NCBI GenBank assembly: GCA_017550115.1
Contig: JAFYLR010000016.1
Span: forward strand, 1-56,804
Length of the DNA stretch: 56,804 nucleotides
From: Clostridia bacterium
GTDB taxonomy: Bacteria; Bacillota; Clostridia; Oscillospirales; CAG-272
Direction: 5' to 3'
Of the stretch, positions 46,703 to 55,127 are shown in pieces. The notes under the pieces were generated by a model. The model saw only the letters and a list, made by a program, of their open reading frames with translations, did not search any database and was not told where the DNA came from. Position 1 is the first letter of the stretch. The number at the start of each line of letters is the position of its first letter. A program made the position numbers and the translations under genes.

Positions 46703-47241
46703 AGCGAATAACGGGCACGTTCTCCGCCGATATATTTCGGACGTGTACGGGCACAAAGAATGTTTGCTTCGCCTATCTTCTTCAGAGAAAGGCGGACAGG
46801 CACCGCAACCTCGCGCAAATGCATACCAATAAGAGTTCCGCCTATATCAAGACCTGCATGAGCTCTGATATGCTCAAGAGCAACAGGGTCTGAAAAGTTT
46901 TTGTATGCGGTCGTTGCAAACGAACCACCGGCTTTTGGCTGCGGAACGACGCAAACGGGCTCAAGAAAATATTTTTGAGCACATTCACGCTCAACTATTA
47001 TAGCTCGGTTCAGATGCTCGCAGCATTGTGCCGCAAGATAAACACCTCGCTTTTGCGTCTCTGCGTATATCACTTCAAAAACGGCTTCAGCCGCCTCGAT
47101 ACTTGAGCATTTTCCTATTTTTTCGCCTATGATCTCCGAGGACGAGCACCCCACAACGAGTATGTCCTCTTTTTTTAATTCTGCCGCGTCCAGCAATTCA
47201 CGCACAGTAATCTCCGCTTCTTTTTTTATATTCTCAAACAT
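46699..47241 (-). CDS. TIGR01440/UPF0340-family protein (YwlG-like)
   Basis: Blocks VVGCSSSEIIGEKIG, AAQCCEHLNRAIIVER and RPKYIGGERA. Confidence 0.8.
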   Translation of the reverse strand: MFENIKKEAEITVRELLDAAELKKEDILVVGCSSSEIIGEKIGKCSSIEAAEAVFEVIYAETQKRGVYLAAQCCEHLNRAIIVERECAQKYFLEPVCVVPQPKAGGSFATTAYKNFSDPVALEHIRAHAGLDIGGTLIGMHLREVAVPVRLSLKKIGEANILCARTRPKYIGGERARYSL

Positions 47242-47254
47242 ATGTTATCACTCC

Positions 47255-47722
47255 TTATTTTTCATTACATTTCACAGCATCGATCGCCAAGACAACCATA
47301 AGGGCAGGCAGGGCGTCGGCGGGATTACAAACGTCGATTATATAAGTATCGGTCCAATTAAAAAGCTGTTTTGAAACGATAGCAACCGTACCTCCAAAGG
47401 ATCTTATCTCATAATTCCATTCAAACAGATCACCATTAACCATCCACCCCATACAATCGACAGAAAAGGACGGCTTGAAGAGGGAGAATTCCTTTGTGAT
47501 CTCACCGATTTTGTCCTCGCCTATGTAAATTTCAAACCGAGGCAAGAAGGTGAATATACGTTCTTTCAACGTGGCTATATGTATGCCGTCTTTGTTTCTT
47601 ATCTCGAGCTTGTGCCCCCATGAAAGTCTTCCTTCGACCGAGAACAGAACGGTTCCCGCCTCGTCATATATATCATAGCTGTCAAACCACGAAAAAAATC
47701 TTTGTTTGAACATCAGCTTCAT
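47255..47722 (-). CDS. LURP-one-related / tubby-C-like (DUF567) protein
   Basis: 155 aa. It has the pattern FSWFDSYDIYDEAG..LF.VEG....GHKLEI.., which is typical of the family. Confidence 0.55.
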   Translation of the reverse strand: MKLMFKQRFFSWFDSYDIYDEAGTVLFSVEGRLSWGHKLEIRNKDGIHIATLKERIFTFLPRFEIYIGEDKIGEITKEFSLFKPSFSVDCMGWMVNGDLFEWNYEIRSFGGTVAIVSKQLFNWTDTYIIDVCNPADALPALMVVLAIDAVKCNEK

Positions 47723-47805
47723 AAGAACACCTCTCTTTCACTAAAAATTATACACTAAGTACCTCAAAAAGTCAACTTTCTTTGAAACAAAATGTGCTTT
47801 TGCTA

Positions 47806-47834
47806 TTGATAATTATGACGATTTGTGTTATAAT
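47806..47834 (+). promoter_or_regulatory. Sigma-A promoter of queT
   Basis: TTGATA (47806-47811), 17 nt, TATAAT (47829-47834). Confidence 0.65.
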
Positions 47835-47872
47835 CGAAATATGTTAGGCGGAAACTTTTTCCGCCGCAAAAA

Positions 47873-47914
47873 GTGAGTTCGAGACCTTCCTCACTAAAAA
47901 CAAAACTAAAGGAG
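47873..47914 (+). ncRNA. preQ1-I riboswitch
   Basis: GUGAG-UUCGAGACCUUC-CUCAC-UAAAAACAAAACUAAAGGAG. This is a 5-bp P1, then an A-rich tail. Loop CCUU can pair with the AAGG of the SD to form the P2 pseudoknot. It lies immediately upstream of queT, the canonical context. Confidence 0.7.
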
Positions 47915-47921
47915 AATAAAA

Positions 47922-48407
47922 ATGAAAAAAAGAAGTGTTATCTTTGTGTCACAGGGGGCTGTCATAGCTGCTCTTTATGTGATGCTCACGTTGCTATCAA
48001 GTGCTATGGGACTTGCAAGCATGCCTATTCAGATCAGGTTTTCCGAGGCTTTGACGGTTTTATCTGTTTTTTCTTTTGCGGCGGTGCCGGGACTGTTTGT
48101 CGGGTGCTTGCTCTCGAATCTTTTGACGGGTGCTGTGATATGGGACGTTATATTCGGAAGTATCGCTACTCTTATCGGTGCTGTGGGAACGTATTTGTTG
48201 AGAAAGCATAAAATATTGCCCTTTCTCCCACCGATAATCTCAAATACCGTTATTGTGCCGCTCGTTCTGATTTATGCCTATGCTCTTGACGGTTCACTTG
48301 CGTTTTTTGCTTTGACGGTAGGGATAGGAGAGATACTTTCATGCGGTGTTTTGGGGGCATTGCTTCTTAAAGTGCTAAAAAAACATCAAAATTATATATT
48401 TAAGTGA
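47922..48407 (+). CDS. queT: Queuosine-precursor transporter QueT
   Basis: 161-aa ECF-S-like membrane protein (GAVIAALYVMLT...IQIRFSEALTVL) located behind a preQ1 riboswitch. Confidence 0.8.
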   Translation: MKKRSVIFVSQGAVIAALYVMLTLLSSAMGLASMPIQIRFSEALTVLSVFSFAAVPGLFVGCLLSNLLTGAVIWDVIFGSIATLIGAVGTYLLRKHKILPFLPPIISNTVIVPLVLIYAYALDGSLAFFALTVGIGEILSCGVLGALLLKVLKKHQNYIFK

Positions 48408-48511
48408 AAAACTTTTTTATTTTTGCTCGAAGATTGTTGAAAAGGGCAGATTAGTGTGATATAATGGATACATTATAATATTTTAATAAAATTGCTTTGG
48501 AGGAAAAAGTA

Positions 48512-49642
48512 ATGGGCAACAGTATTAACTATTCTTACGAAACTTTGAAAAAATTTTGCACTGATGCGTTTTTGAAGTTCGGTTTCAACGACAAGGAGAG
48601 CGAGACCATTGTTGACGTTCTGCTTACAAGCGATCTTTACGGTATCGAGTCGCACGGTATGCAAAGATTGGTTCGCTATCATAAGGGTATTGAAAAGGGG
48701 CTTATTAAGATCGATGCAAAGCCTGAGATAGTTTTTGAAACCCCTGTGTCTGCCGTTATTGAGGGTAATGACGGTATGGGACAGCTTTTGGGTTGTCAGG
48801 CAATGAATATTGCTATTGAAAAGGCAAAGAAAACGGGTATGGCAGTAGTTTCGGTGAGAAACTCAAATCACTACGGCATTGCCGGATATTATGCTAAGAT
48901 GGCTTGCAGAGAAGGACTCATAGGTATGTCTATGACAAATTCGGAAGCTATTATGGTTCCGACTTTTGGTAGAAAAGCGATGCTTGGAAGTAACCCTATC
49001 GCCATCGCTATGCCTGCAGAGCCTTACGATTTCTTCTTTGATGCGTCAACTTCTGTTGTAACACGCGGAAAGCTGGAGATATACAACAAGTTGCAAAAGC
49101 CGTTGCCTGAGGGCTGGGCGCTTGACGAGAACGGCAAGGGAACCTCAGATGCGGGCAGAGTACTTAAAAATATCGTTGCAAAGGCTGGCGGCGGAATAAT
49201 GCCTCTTGGCGGAGAGACAGAGCAGACAGGTAGCCATAAGGGATACGGATACGGTATGTTCTGCGAGATATTCACATCTATTCTTTCTATGGGACTTACC
49301 TCCAACAACACGCATATCGGAGGCAAGGGTGGCACTTGTCATGGATTTATTGCAATAAATCCTGCGTTCTTCGGAAATGCAGATGCGATAAAGGAGCATT
49401 TGTCAACATTCTTGCAGGAGTTGAGAGAGTCTCCGAAGGCTGAGGGGGCTGAACGTATCTATACACACGGAGAAAAAGAAATTCTCGCTTACGAGGATAG
49501 ACTGAAAAACGGCATAGACGTAAATATAAATACCGTTGCAGAGATGGTTGATTTGTGCAACTATCTGAATATGGACGTAAAAGAATATCTTGGCGAAGAA
49601 GCTATGCAATTAACTCTTCGTCAGAGTTCTTATGATATGTAA
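48512..49642 (+). CDS. Ldh_2-family (malate/L-lactate/ureidoglycolate-type) dehydrogenase
   Basis: Blocks GIESHGMQRL, NSNHYGIAGYY and GSHKGYGYGM. RBS GGAGGA precedes the ATG at 48512. Confidence 0.75.
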   Translation: MGNSINYSYETLKKFCTDAFLKFGFNDKESETIVDVLLTSDLYGIESHGMQRLVRYHKGIEKGLIKIDAKPEIVFETPVSAVIEGNDGMGQLLGCQAMNIAIEKAKKTGMAVVSVRNSNHYGIAGYYAKMACREGLIGMSMTNSEAIMVPTFGRKAMLGSNPIAIAMPAEPYDFFFDASTSVVTRGKLEIYNKLQKPLPEGWALDENGKGTSDAGRVLKNIVAKAGGGIMPLGGETEQTGSHKGYGYGMFCEIFTSILSMGLTSNNTHIGGKGGTCHGFIAINPAFFGNADAIKEHLSTFLQELRESPKAEGAERIYTHGEKEILAYEDRLKNGIDVNINTVAEMVDLCNYLNMDVKEYLGEEAMQLTLRQSSYDM

Positions 49643-49657
49643 AGGGAGGACACAGAG

Positions 49658-50830
49658 ATGGACGTTAAGGCACTTGCACTGCAAAAGCACGCTGAATGGA
49701 AAGGTAAGATAGAGGTAGTTTCGAGAACCTCCATCAAGAACAGGGAACAGCTATCTTTGGCATATACTCCGGGAGTTGCGGAGCCTTGCCTTGAGATACA
49801 GAAGGACATAAACAAATCATACGAGCTTACTCGCCGTCATAATCTTGTGGCGGTAATAACAGACGGATCTGCGGTTTTGGGACTTGGAGATATAGGACCT
49901 GAGGCGGGTATGCCCGTTATGGAGGGTAAATGTGCACTTTTCAAGGAATTTGCCGATGTTGACGCTTTTCCGCTTTGCATAAAAACTCAGGACGTAGATG
50001 AGCTTGTGAGAACGATATATCTGTTGTCCGGCTCGTTTGGCGGTATAAATCTTGAGGATATTGCGGCACCTCGTTGCTTTGAGGTCGAAAGACGTCTTAA
50101 AGAGCTTTGCGATATTCCGGTATTCCATGACGACCAGCACGGAACTGCGATAGTTGTGGCTGCGGCTATGCTTAATGCACTCAAGGTTGTTAAGAAGAAT
50201 ATTTCCGATATACGTGTTGTAATAAACGGTGCGGGAAGTGCGGGTACTGCTATTGGTATGCACTTGATGAAGCTCGGTGTTAAGAATCTTATAATGGTAG
50301 ATAGATTCGGAATCATTTGTGAGGGTATGGACGGACTGAGTGAAGCACATAAAGAACTCTCTAAGATAACGAACAGAGATAAACTTGAAGGAACATTGGC
50401 AGATGCGATGAAGGGTGCAGACGTATTTATCGGCGTATCTGCTCCGAATATAGTTTCGCCTGAAATGGTAAGCACGATGGCAAAGGGTGCGATAGTGTTC
50501 GCTATGGCGAATCCTGTTCCTGAAATATTGCCGGATGCGGCAAAGGCGGGCGGTGCGGCAGTTGTGGGTACAGGCCGTTCGGATTTCCCGAACCAGATAA
50601 ACAACGTTGTTGCTTTCCCCGGAATTTTCAGAGGAGCTCTTGACGTTCGTGCAAGTGATATCAATGACGAAATGAAGATGGCGGCATCTTATGCGATAGC
50701 GGGACTTGTATCAGACGATGAATTGAATGCGGAGTATATTCTTCCTATGGCATTCGACGAAAGAATAGGAAAGACTGTTGCGGCAGCTGTTGCAGAAGCA
50801 GCACGTAAGAGCGGTGTTGCAAGAATTTGA
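49658..50830 (+). CDS. NAD(P)-dependent malic enzyme (short form)
   Basis: Blocks [38 protein letters not shown] and [15 protein letters not shown]. Confidence 0.9.
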   Translation: MDVKALALQKHAEWKGKIEVVSRTSIKNREQLSLAYTPGVAEPCLEIQKDINKSYELTRRHNLVAVITDGSAVLGLGDIGPEAGMPVMEGKCALFKEFADVDAFPLCIKTQDVDELVRTIYLLSGSFGGINLEDIAAPRCFEVERRLKELCDIPVFHDDQHGTAIVVAAAMLNALKVVKKNISDIRVVINGAGSAGTAIGMHLMKLGVKNLIMVDRFGIICEGMDGLSEAHKELSKITNRDKLEGTLADAMKGADVFIGVSAPNIVSPEMVSTMAKGAIVFAMANPVPEILPDAAKAGGAAVVGTGRSDFPNQINNVVAFPGIFRGALDVRASDINDEMKMAASYAIAGLVSDDELNAEYILPMAFDERIGKTVAAAVAEAARKSGVARI

Positions 50831-50867
50831 TCTTGATTAAAATAACTATGCTTTAAGGAGCTCGGAC

Positions 50868-52349
50868 ATGAAAATCGGATTTGATAACGATAAATATTTG
50901 AAAATGCAGTCGGAGCATATTCGTGAGAGAATAGCCAAGTTTGGCGGCAAGCTCTATCTTGAGTTTGGTGGCAAGCTTTTTGACGACTATCATGCGTCAA
51001 GAGTTCTGCCGGGATTTAAGCCGGACAGTAAGCTCCAGATGCTTCTTCAGATGAAGGACCGAGCTGAAATAGTTATTGCAATAAATGCATTCGATATTGA
51101 AAAGAATAAGGTGAGGGGAGATATTGGTATCTCATACGACCTTGACGTGCTTCGCCTTATGGATGCTTTCAAAGAGGTTGGGCTTTACGTGGGCAGTGTG
51201 GTTATGACGAGGTTTGAGTCACAGCCTGCGGCGTTAGCTTTCAAGGCTCGATTGGAGAGCTTGGGTATAAAGGTATATCGCCATTATTCTATCGAAGGAT
51301 ATCCCTCGGACATCGGAAAGATAGTAAGTGAAGAGGGGTTTGGCAAAAACGAGTATATAGAGACGACGAGAGAATTGGTCATTGTAACTGCTCCCGGCCC
51401 CGGAAGCGGTAAAATGGCGGTTTGTCTGTCTCAGTTATATCACGAGCTTATGCGTGGAGTAAAGGCGGGGTATGCGAAATTTGAGACTTTCCCTGTTTGG
51501 AATCTACCTCTTAAGCACCCTGTGAACATAGCTTATGAAGCTGCGACGGCGGACCTCAATGACGTAAATATGATAGATCCGTTCCATCTTGACGCTTATG
51601 GCACGACGGCGGTCAACTATAACAGAGACGTGGAAATATTCCCGGTTCTCAATGCTATGCTTGAAAAGATTCTTGGAGAGTCGCCTTATAAATCTCCTAC
51701 GGATATGGGCGTTAATATGGCCGGAAACTGTATAGTTGACGACGAAATTACATGCAGGGCATCAAACCAAGAGGTTGTAAGAAGATATTGCACGGCTTTG
51801 TGTGATAGAAAGAAAGGGAACGTCGGAGACGAGGTTGTCTTCAAAATGGAACTTCTTATGAAGCAGGCGGGGCTTTCGGTCGAGGATCGTCCGATAATCG
51901 GAGCGGCACTATCCAAAGCAGAATCTTCGGGAGGCCCTGCTGCATCAATGGAGTTGCCGGACGGAACGATAATTACGGGTAAAACGTCACCCCTGCTCGG
52001 TGCATCTTCTGCACTTATGCTGAACGCTTTGAAGTATTTGGCGGGAATTCCTGATGATCATGCCCTTATTTCTCCATCAATGATCAAGCCGATCTCCCAT
52101 CTTAAAATAGTGAACCTCGGAAACCGAAATCCGCATCTTCATATCGACGAGTTGCTAATCGCACTGTCGATTTGCGCGGTAACGTCGCCTGAGGCGGAAC
52201 TTGCGATGAAACAGCTTGATAAATTGCGTGGATGCGATGCCCATTCTACCGTTATTCTGTCCGAAGAAGACGTTAAAACTTTCAAAAAGCTGGGGATCAA
52301 TCTTACGTGCGAGCCTCGGTATCAAACCAAACGACTTTATAATAAGTAA
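50868..52349 (+). CDS. DUF1846 / UPF0371-family protein
   Basis: 493 aa. The N-terminus MKIGFDNDKYLKMQSEHIRERI...LYLEFGGKLFDDYHASRVLPGF is characteristic of the family. Confidence 0.75.
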   Translation: MKIGFDNDKYLKMQSEHIRERIAKFGGKLYLEFGGKLFDDYHASRVLPGFKPDSKLQMLLQMKDRAEIVIAINAFDIEKNKVRGDIGISYDLDVLRLMDAFKEVGLYVGSVVMTRFESQPAALAFKARLESLGIKVYRHYSIEGYPSDIGKIVSEEGFGKNEYIETTRELVIVTAPGPGSGKMAVCLSQLYHELMRGVKAGYAKFETFPVWNLPLKHPVNIAYEAATADLNDVNMIDPFHLDAYGTTAVNYNRDVEIFPVLNAMLEKILGESPYKSPTDMGVNMAGNCIVDDEITCRASNQEVVRRYCTALCDRKKGNVGDEVVFKMELLMKQAGLSVEDRPIIGAALSKAESSGGPAASMELPDGTIITGKTSPLLGASSALMLNALKYLAGIPDDHALISPSMIKPISHLKIVNLGNRNPHLHIDELLIALSICAVTSPEAELAMKQLDKLRGCDAHSTVILSEEDVKTFKKLGINLTCEPRYQTKRLYNK

Positions 52350-52381
52350 AATATAAAAATTATAAAATATCGGAGGTAAAT

Positions 52382-52843
52382 ATGAAAAAAAGTACTTTTT
52401 TTAGCGATTTCAAAAAGTTTATAGCAAAGGGAAATGTTCTTGACTTGGCTGTCGGCGTTGTTGTTGGCGGAGCGTTCAACAAGATAGTTACTGCTCTTGT
52501 AAACGACATCATTATGCCGCTTGTAGGACTTGCTACCGGTGGACAGAGCATAGCTGATCTTAAATGGATCATAAAAGAGGCTGTTTATGCTGAAGATGGA
52601 GTGACTGTGCTTTCGGCTGAAAACGCTCTCAAATACGGTGATTTTCTTCAGACTATCATTGATTTTCTCATTATAGCTTTAACTGTTTTTTGTGTTTTGC
52701 GCGTTATGATGAGAGTAAAGACGTTGACAGAGAAAAAAGAGAAGGAAGAAGCCGAGGCAATCGAGGCAGCAAAAGAGCCTACTCCACCTGCTGAAACAAC
52801 AGAAGATATACTCAAAGATATAAGAGAGCTTTTGAAAAAATAA
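52382..52843 (+). CDS. mscL: Large-conductance mechanosensitive channel
   Basis: FKKFIAKGNVLDLAVGVVVGGAFNKIVTALVNDIIMP. Confidence 0.92.
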   Translation: MKKSTFFSDFKKFIAKGNVLDLAVGVVVGGAFNKIVTALVNDIIMPLVGLATGGQSIADLKWIIKEAVYAEDGVTVLSAENALKYGDFLQTIIDFLIIALTVFCVLRVMMRVKTLTEKKEKEEAEAIEAAKEPTPPAETTEDILKDIRELLKK

Positions 52844-52926
52844 GGGTTGAGGATATTGTTTTTGGCGGCTTAAATGTTAATAAAATGTAAATATCGCAAA
52901 AAAAGCAAAAAATATTCAAAAGATAC

Positions 52927-52955
52927 TTGACATACATATTGTTTCATGGTATCAT
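52927..52955 (+). promoter_or_regulatory. Sigma-A promoter (extended -10) of the 38-aa peptide gene
   Basis: TTGACA (52927-52932), 17 nt, TGgTATCAT (52947-52955). Confidence 0.6.
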
Positions 52956-53044
52956 ATGTGTAGTATTTTGAGTTAGTGCCCGTTTGTTGCACTATTTGCA
53001 GCAAACATTACCTTGGTATAATTCTGTAAGGAGGAAAGTAAAAA

Positions 53045-53161
53045 ATGAAAAATTACGTTGTTCCTGAGATGGAAGTTGTACTTCTTGATGTTGAGAATGT
53101 TATCACAGTAAGTTACACAGATGACGGTGTAACTGAGGATGCTGGAAATATTTTCGGTTAA
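53045..53161 (+). CDS. Unlisted 38-aa acidic peptide
   Basis: RBS AAGGAGGAAAG lies 7 nt before the ATG at 53045. Translation: MKNYVVPEMEVVLLDVENVITVSYTDDGVTEDAGNIFG. It has its own promoter and terminator. The antisense track ORF 52973-53176 is unsupported. Confidence 0.55.
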   Translation: MKNYVVPEMEVVLLDVENVITVSYTDDGVTEDAGNIFG

Positions 53162-53199
53162 TAATTGGAGAAGCATTCTAAAATTTTCGACTGACGATT

Positions 53200-53225
53200 C
53201 CCGTACGGAAAGGTGCGGGTTTTTG
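53200..53225 (+). terminator. Intrinsic terminator after the peptide gene
   Basis: CCCGTAC-GGAAAG-GTGCGGG followed by TTTTT. Confidence 0.7.
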
Positions 53226-53335
53226 TCGTTGTCGGAATTTTTGGGTATTATTGATGTTATTGAAACAAATTTTGCCGATAGTGAAAGGAACGTTTGAGTA
53301 TATCTTATTTTATTGTCGTAAATTCGATAAATCTA

Positions 53336-53364
53336 TTGACAAACAAAGGGGTTTATGATAAAAT
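53336..53364 (+). promoter_or_regulatory. Sigma-A promoter of tRNA-Val
   Basis: TTGACA (53336-53341), 17 nt, TAAAAT (53359-53364). Confidence 0.6.
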
Positions 53365-53387
53365 AACACCTGTTGATTTCGCAATAC

Positions 53388-53464
53388 GGAGGCATAGCTC
53401 AGTTGGTTAGAGTACTTGCTTGACATGCAAGGGGTCGCAGATTCGAGTTCTGCTGTCTCCACCA
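53388..53464 (+). tRNA. tRNA-Val (anticodon GAC)
   Basis: GGAGGCATAGCTCAGTTGGTTAGAGTACTTGCTTGACATGCAAGGGGTCGCAGATTCGAGTTCTGCTGTCTCCACCA. The anticodon loop is TTGACAT, the T-loop is TTCGAGT, and the CCA is encoded. Confidence 0.9.
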
Positions 53465-53468
53465 AAAC

Positions 53469-53494
53469 AAAAAAGAGGCATTTGCCTCTTTTTT
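53469..53494 (+). terminator. Intrinsic terminator after tRNA-Val
   Basis: AAAAAAGAGGCA-TT-TGCCTCTTTTTT. Confidence 0.7.
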
Positions 53495-53594
53495 GTTTTG
53501 GTTTGAAATGGGGCAACTCGAATCTCTCCGATGCTCGCATCGGATATGTTTGCGAAGTGAGATGAGCGGGAGAGGGAGATAAAAGCGCAAACTT

Positions 53595-53621
53595 AGATTC
53601 TGAGTTCTGCTGTCTCCACCA
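53595..53621 (+). repeat. Direct repeat of the tRNA-Val 3' end (att-type site)
   Basis: AGATTCTGAGTTCTGCTGTCTCCACCA compared with tRNA positions 53439-53464, AGATTCGAGTTCTGCTGTCTCCACCA. The two are identical except for one inserted T. Confidence 0.85.
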
Positions 53622-53741
53622 TAAAAAGTCTTGAAATCATTTGGTTTCAAGGCTTTTTCTTTTCTCCTAATAATGCAATAAAAGCAATTAGGTCAACAAA
53701 AAGGTCAACAAATGCCGTGTTTTGTGGGAAAGAAGGTCAAA

Positions 53742-54950
53742 ATGGCAAGTATTTACCCCAACCGCAAAAACGGAAAAATCATCTCTTTCAAATTCAAGGC
53801 ATATCTTGGCAGAGATGAAAACGGAAAACAAGTATTCAAATGCACAACTTGGATTCCTGACAAAACTATGAGCGAGGGCAAGTTAACCGCTCTCGCGGAA
53901 AAAGAAGCAACAATATGGGAGCGTGATTTGCTTTGTACTATCGCAGAAGAAAAACGCACCACCTCACCCGAGGAAATCACTTTCAAGGACTTTGTTGAAA
54001 AGAAATGGTTTCCAACCGAACTTAACAATTCTGAACACCGTAATTCAACTATTGATTTTAGGCGTTATTTGCTCATTGTAATCGTTGACTACTTGGGCGA
54101 ATTTAAGTTAAAGAATATCGACAGTGCTAAAATAGAGGAATATCTTGATTATCTCAAAAACACTTACAGAACTAAGCATAACACACAAGTTTCACAGCAG
54201 ACAATGCGACATCATTACTGTACTCTCAATTTAATATTCGAATATGCACTAAAATTAAACTATGTATCTGTTAATCCTTTAGCCAAAGTCAAAACACCCA
54301 AGCTCGCAAAACACCTCGCAAAACACAAGGTTGATGCACTTTCCAAGGGGGAAGTTTTGGAGTTTATAAAGGAGATAGAAAATCTCCCCCTTATGCAACG
54401 ATTAATTTATACTCTGCTTTTAACTACGGGTGTGCGACGTGGAGAGTGTTTCGGCTTACAATGGGGCGATATTGACTTTGAAAATCGCACCATACTCATC
54501 GAACGAAATGTAACATATACCGCTCTCAAAGGAATATCGGTGGGACTGCCAAAAACCAATACGGGAATACGGGAAATACCAATAACAGCAGCTGTATTAT
54601 CCTTATTGACTGACTACAAAAAGAGCGAACAACAAGAAAATTCTCTCTCAAATGATATGTTTTTATTTCATTCTGTAAGTTCTCCTTTTGTTCCTCACGA
54701 TCCCACATTTATTACCAAGCATATGAAGAAATTTATGAAAAGGATAGGCTTACCCGATATGTCTCCGCACGATTTGCGACATACTTGCGCTTCTATGCTT
54801 CTGCAAAGCGGTGCAGATATTAAAAGTGTTCAGGATATTCTTGGTCATTCGAATGCTTCGACTACACTAAATTTTTACGTTCGCTCCAATATGGAATCAA
54901 TGCAACGAGCAACGGCAAAAGCGTTTGATTTCGGTAAGGAATTTTTGTAA
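53742..54950 (+). CDS. int: Tyrosine-type site-specific integrase
   Basis: The C-terminal catalytic region has TGVRRGE (Arg I), HDLRHTCASMLL (HxxR) and LGHSNASTTLNFY (His, then the catalytic Tyr). An N-terminal SAM-like domain is present. RBS GAAGG precedes the ATG at 53742. Confidence 0.88.
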   Translation: MASIYPNRKNGKIISFKFKAYLGRDENGKQVFKCTTWIPDKTMSEGKLTALAEKEATIWERDLLCTIAEEKRTTSPEEITFKDFVEKKWFPTELNNSEHRNSTIDFRRYLLIVIVDYLGEFKLKNIDSAKIEEYLDYLKNTYRTKHNTQVSQQTMRHHYCTLNLIFEYALKLNYVSVNPLAKVKTPKLAKHLAKHKVDALSKGEVLEFIKEIENLPLMQRLIYTLLLTTGVRRGECFGLQWGDIDFENRTILIERNVTYTALKGISVGLPKTNTGIREIPITAAVLSLLTDYKKSEQQENSLSNDMFLFHSVSSPFVPHDPTFITKHMKKFMKRIGLPDMSPHDLRHTCASMLLQSGADIKSVQDILGHSNASTTLNFYVRSNMESMQRATAKAFDFGKEFL

Positions 54951-54981
54951 TAAGGCCCATTGTTGAGGAAACGGTTGCTAA

Positions 54982-55017
54982 ACAGCTCACGGATTAATTC
55001 GTCCGTGGGCTGTTTTT
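54982..55017 (+). terminator. Intrinsic terminator after int
   Basis: ACAGCTCACGGA-TTAATTCG-TCCGTGGGCTGT followed by TTTT. Confidence 0.7.
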
Positions 55018-55127
55018 ATCACCACGGAAACCAATTTGATCATTTTTTGAATTTTGACAAAATTAACATTGACAAAATACTAAATTGAGGGTATAATATG
55101 ATTAGATAAATATAATGCGAGGTAAAT

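Noticed and set aside
49987-50664. 225-aa ORF (and the 177-aa ORF at 49817-50350) antisense to the malic enzyme gene
   Set aside because: These are antisense shadows of a high-confidence gene. The translations are low-complexity, Ser/Pro/Ile-rich, and have no start signals.
52973-53176. 67-aa minus-strand ORF overlapping the 38-aa peptide gene
   Set aside because: It has no RBS or promoter on that strand. The plus strand has a promoter, an RBS, an ORF and a terminator, all in register.
53495-53594. Possible second tRNA, tmRNA-like or other RNA gene between the two tRNA-Val 3'-end copies
   Set aside because: Only the last ~26 nt match tRNA-Val. The 5' half of the T-stem is not conserved (TTAGA instead of GCAGA). 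I could build no D-arm or anticodon arm and no acceptor-pairing 5' end. It fits better as an att remnant.
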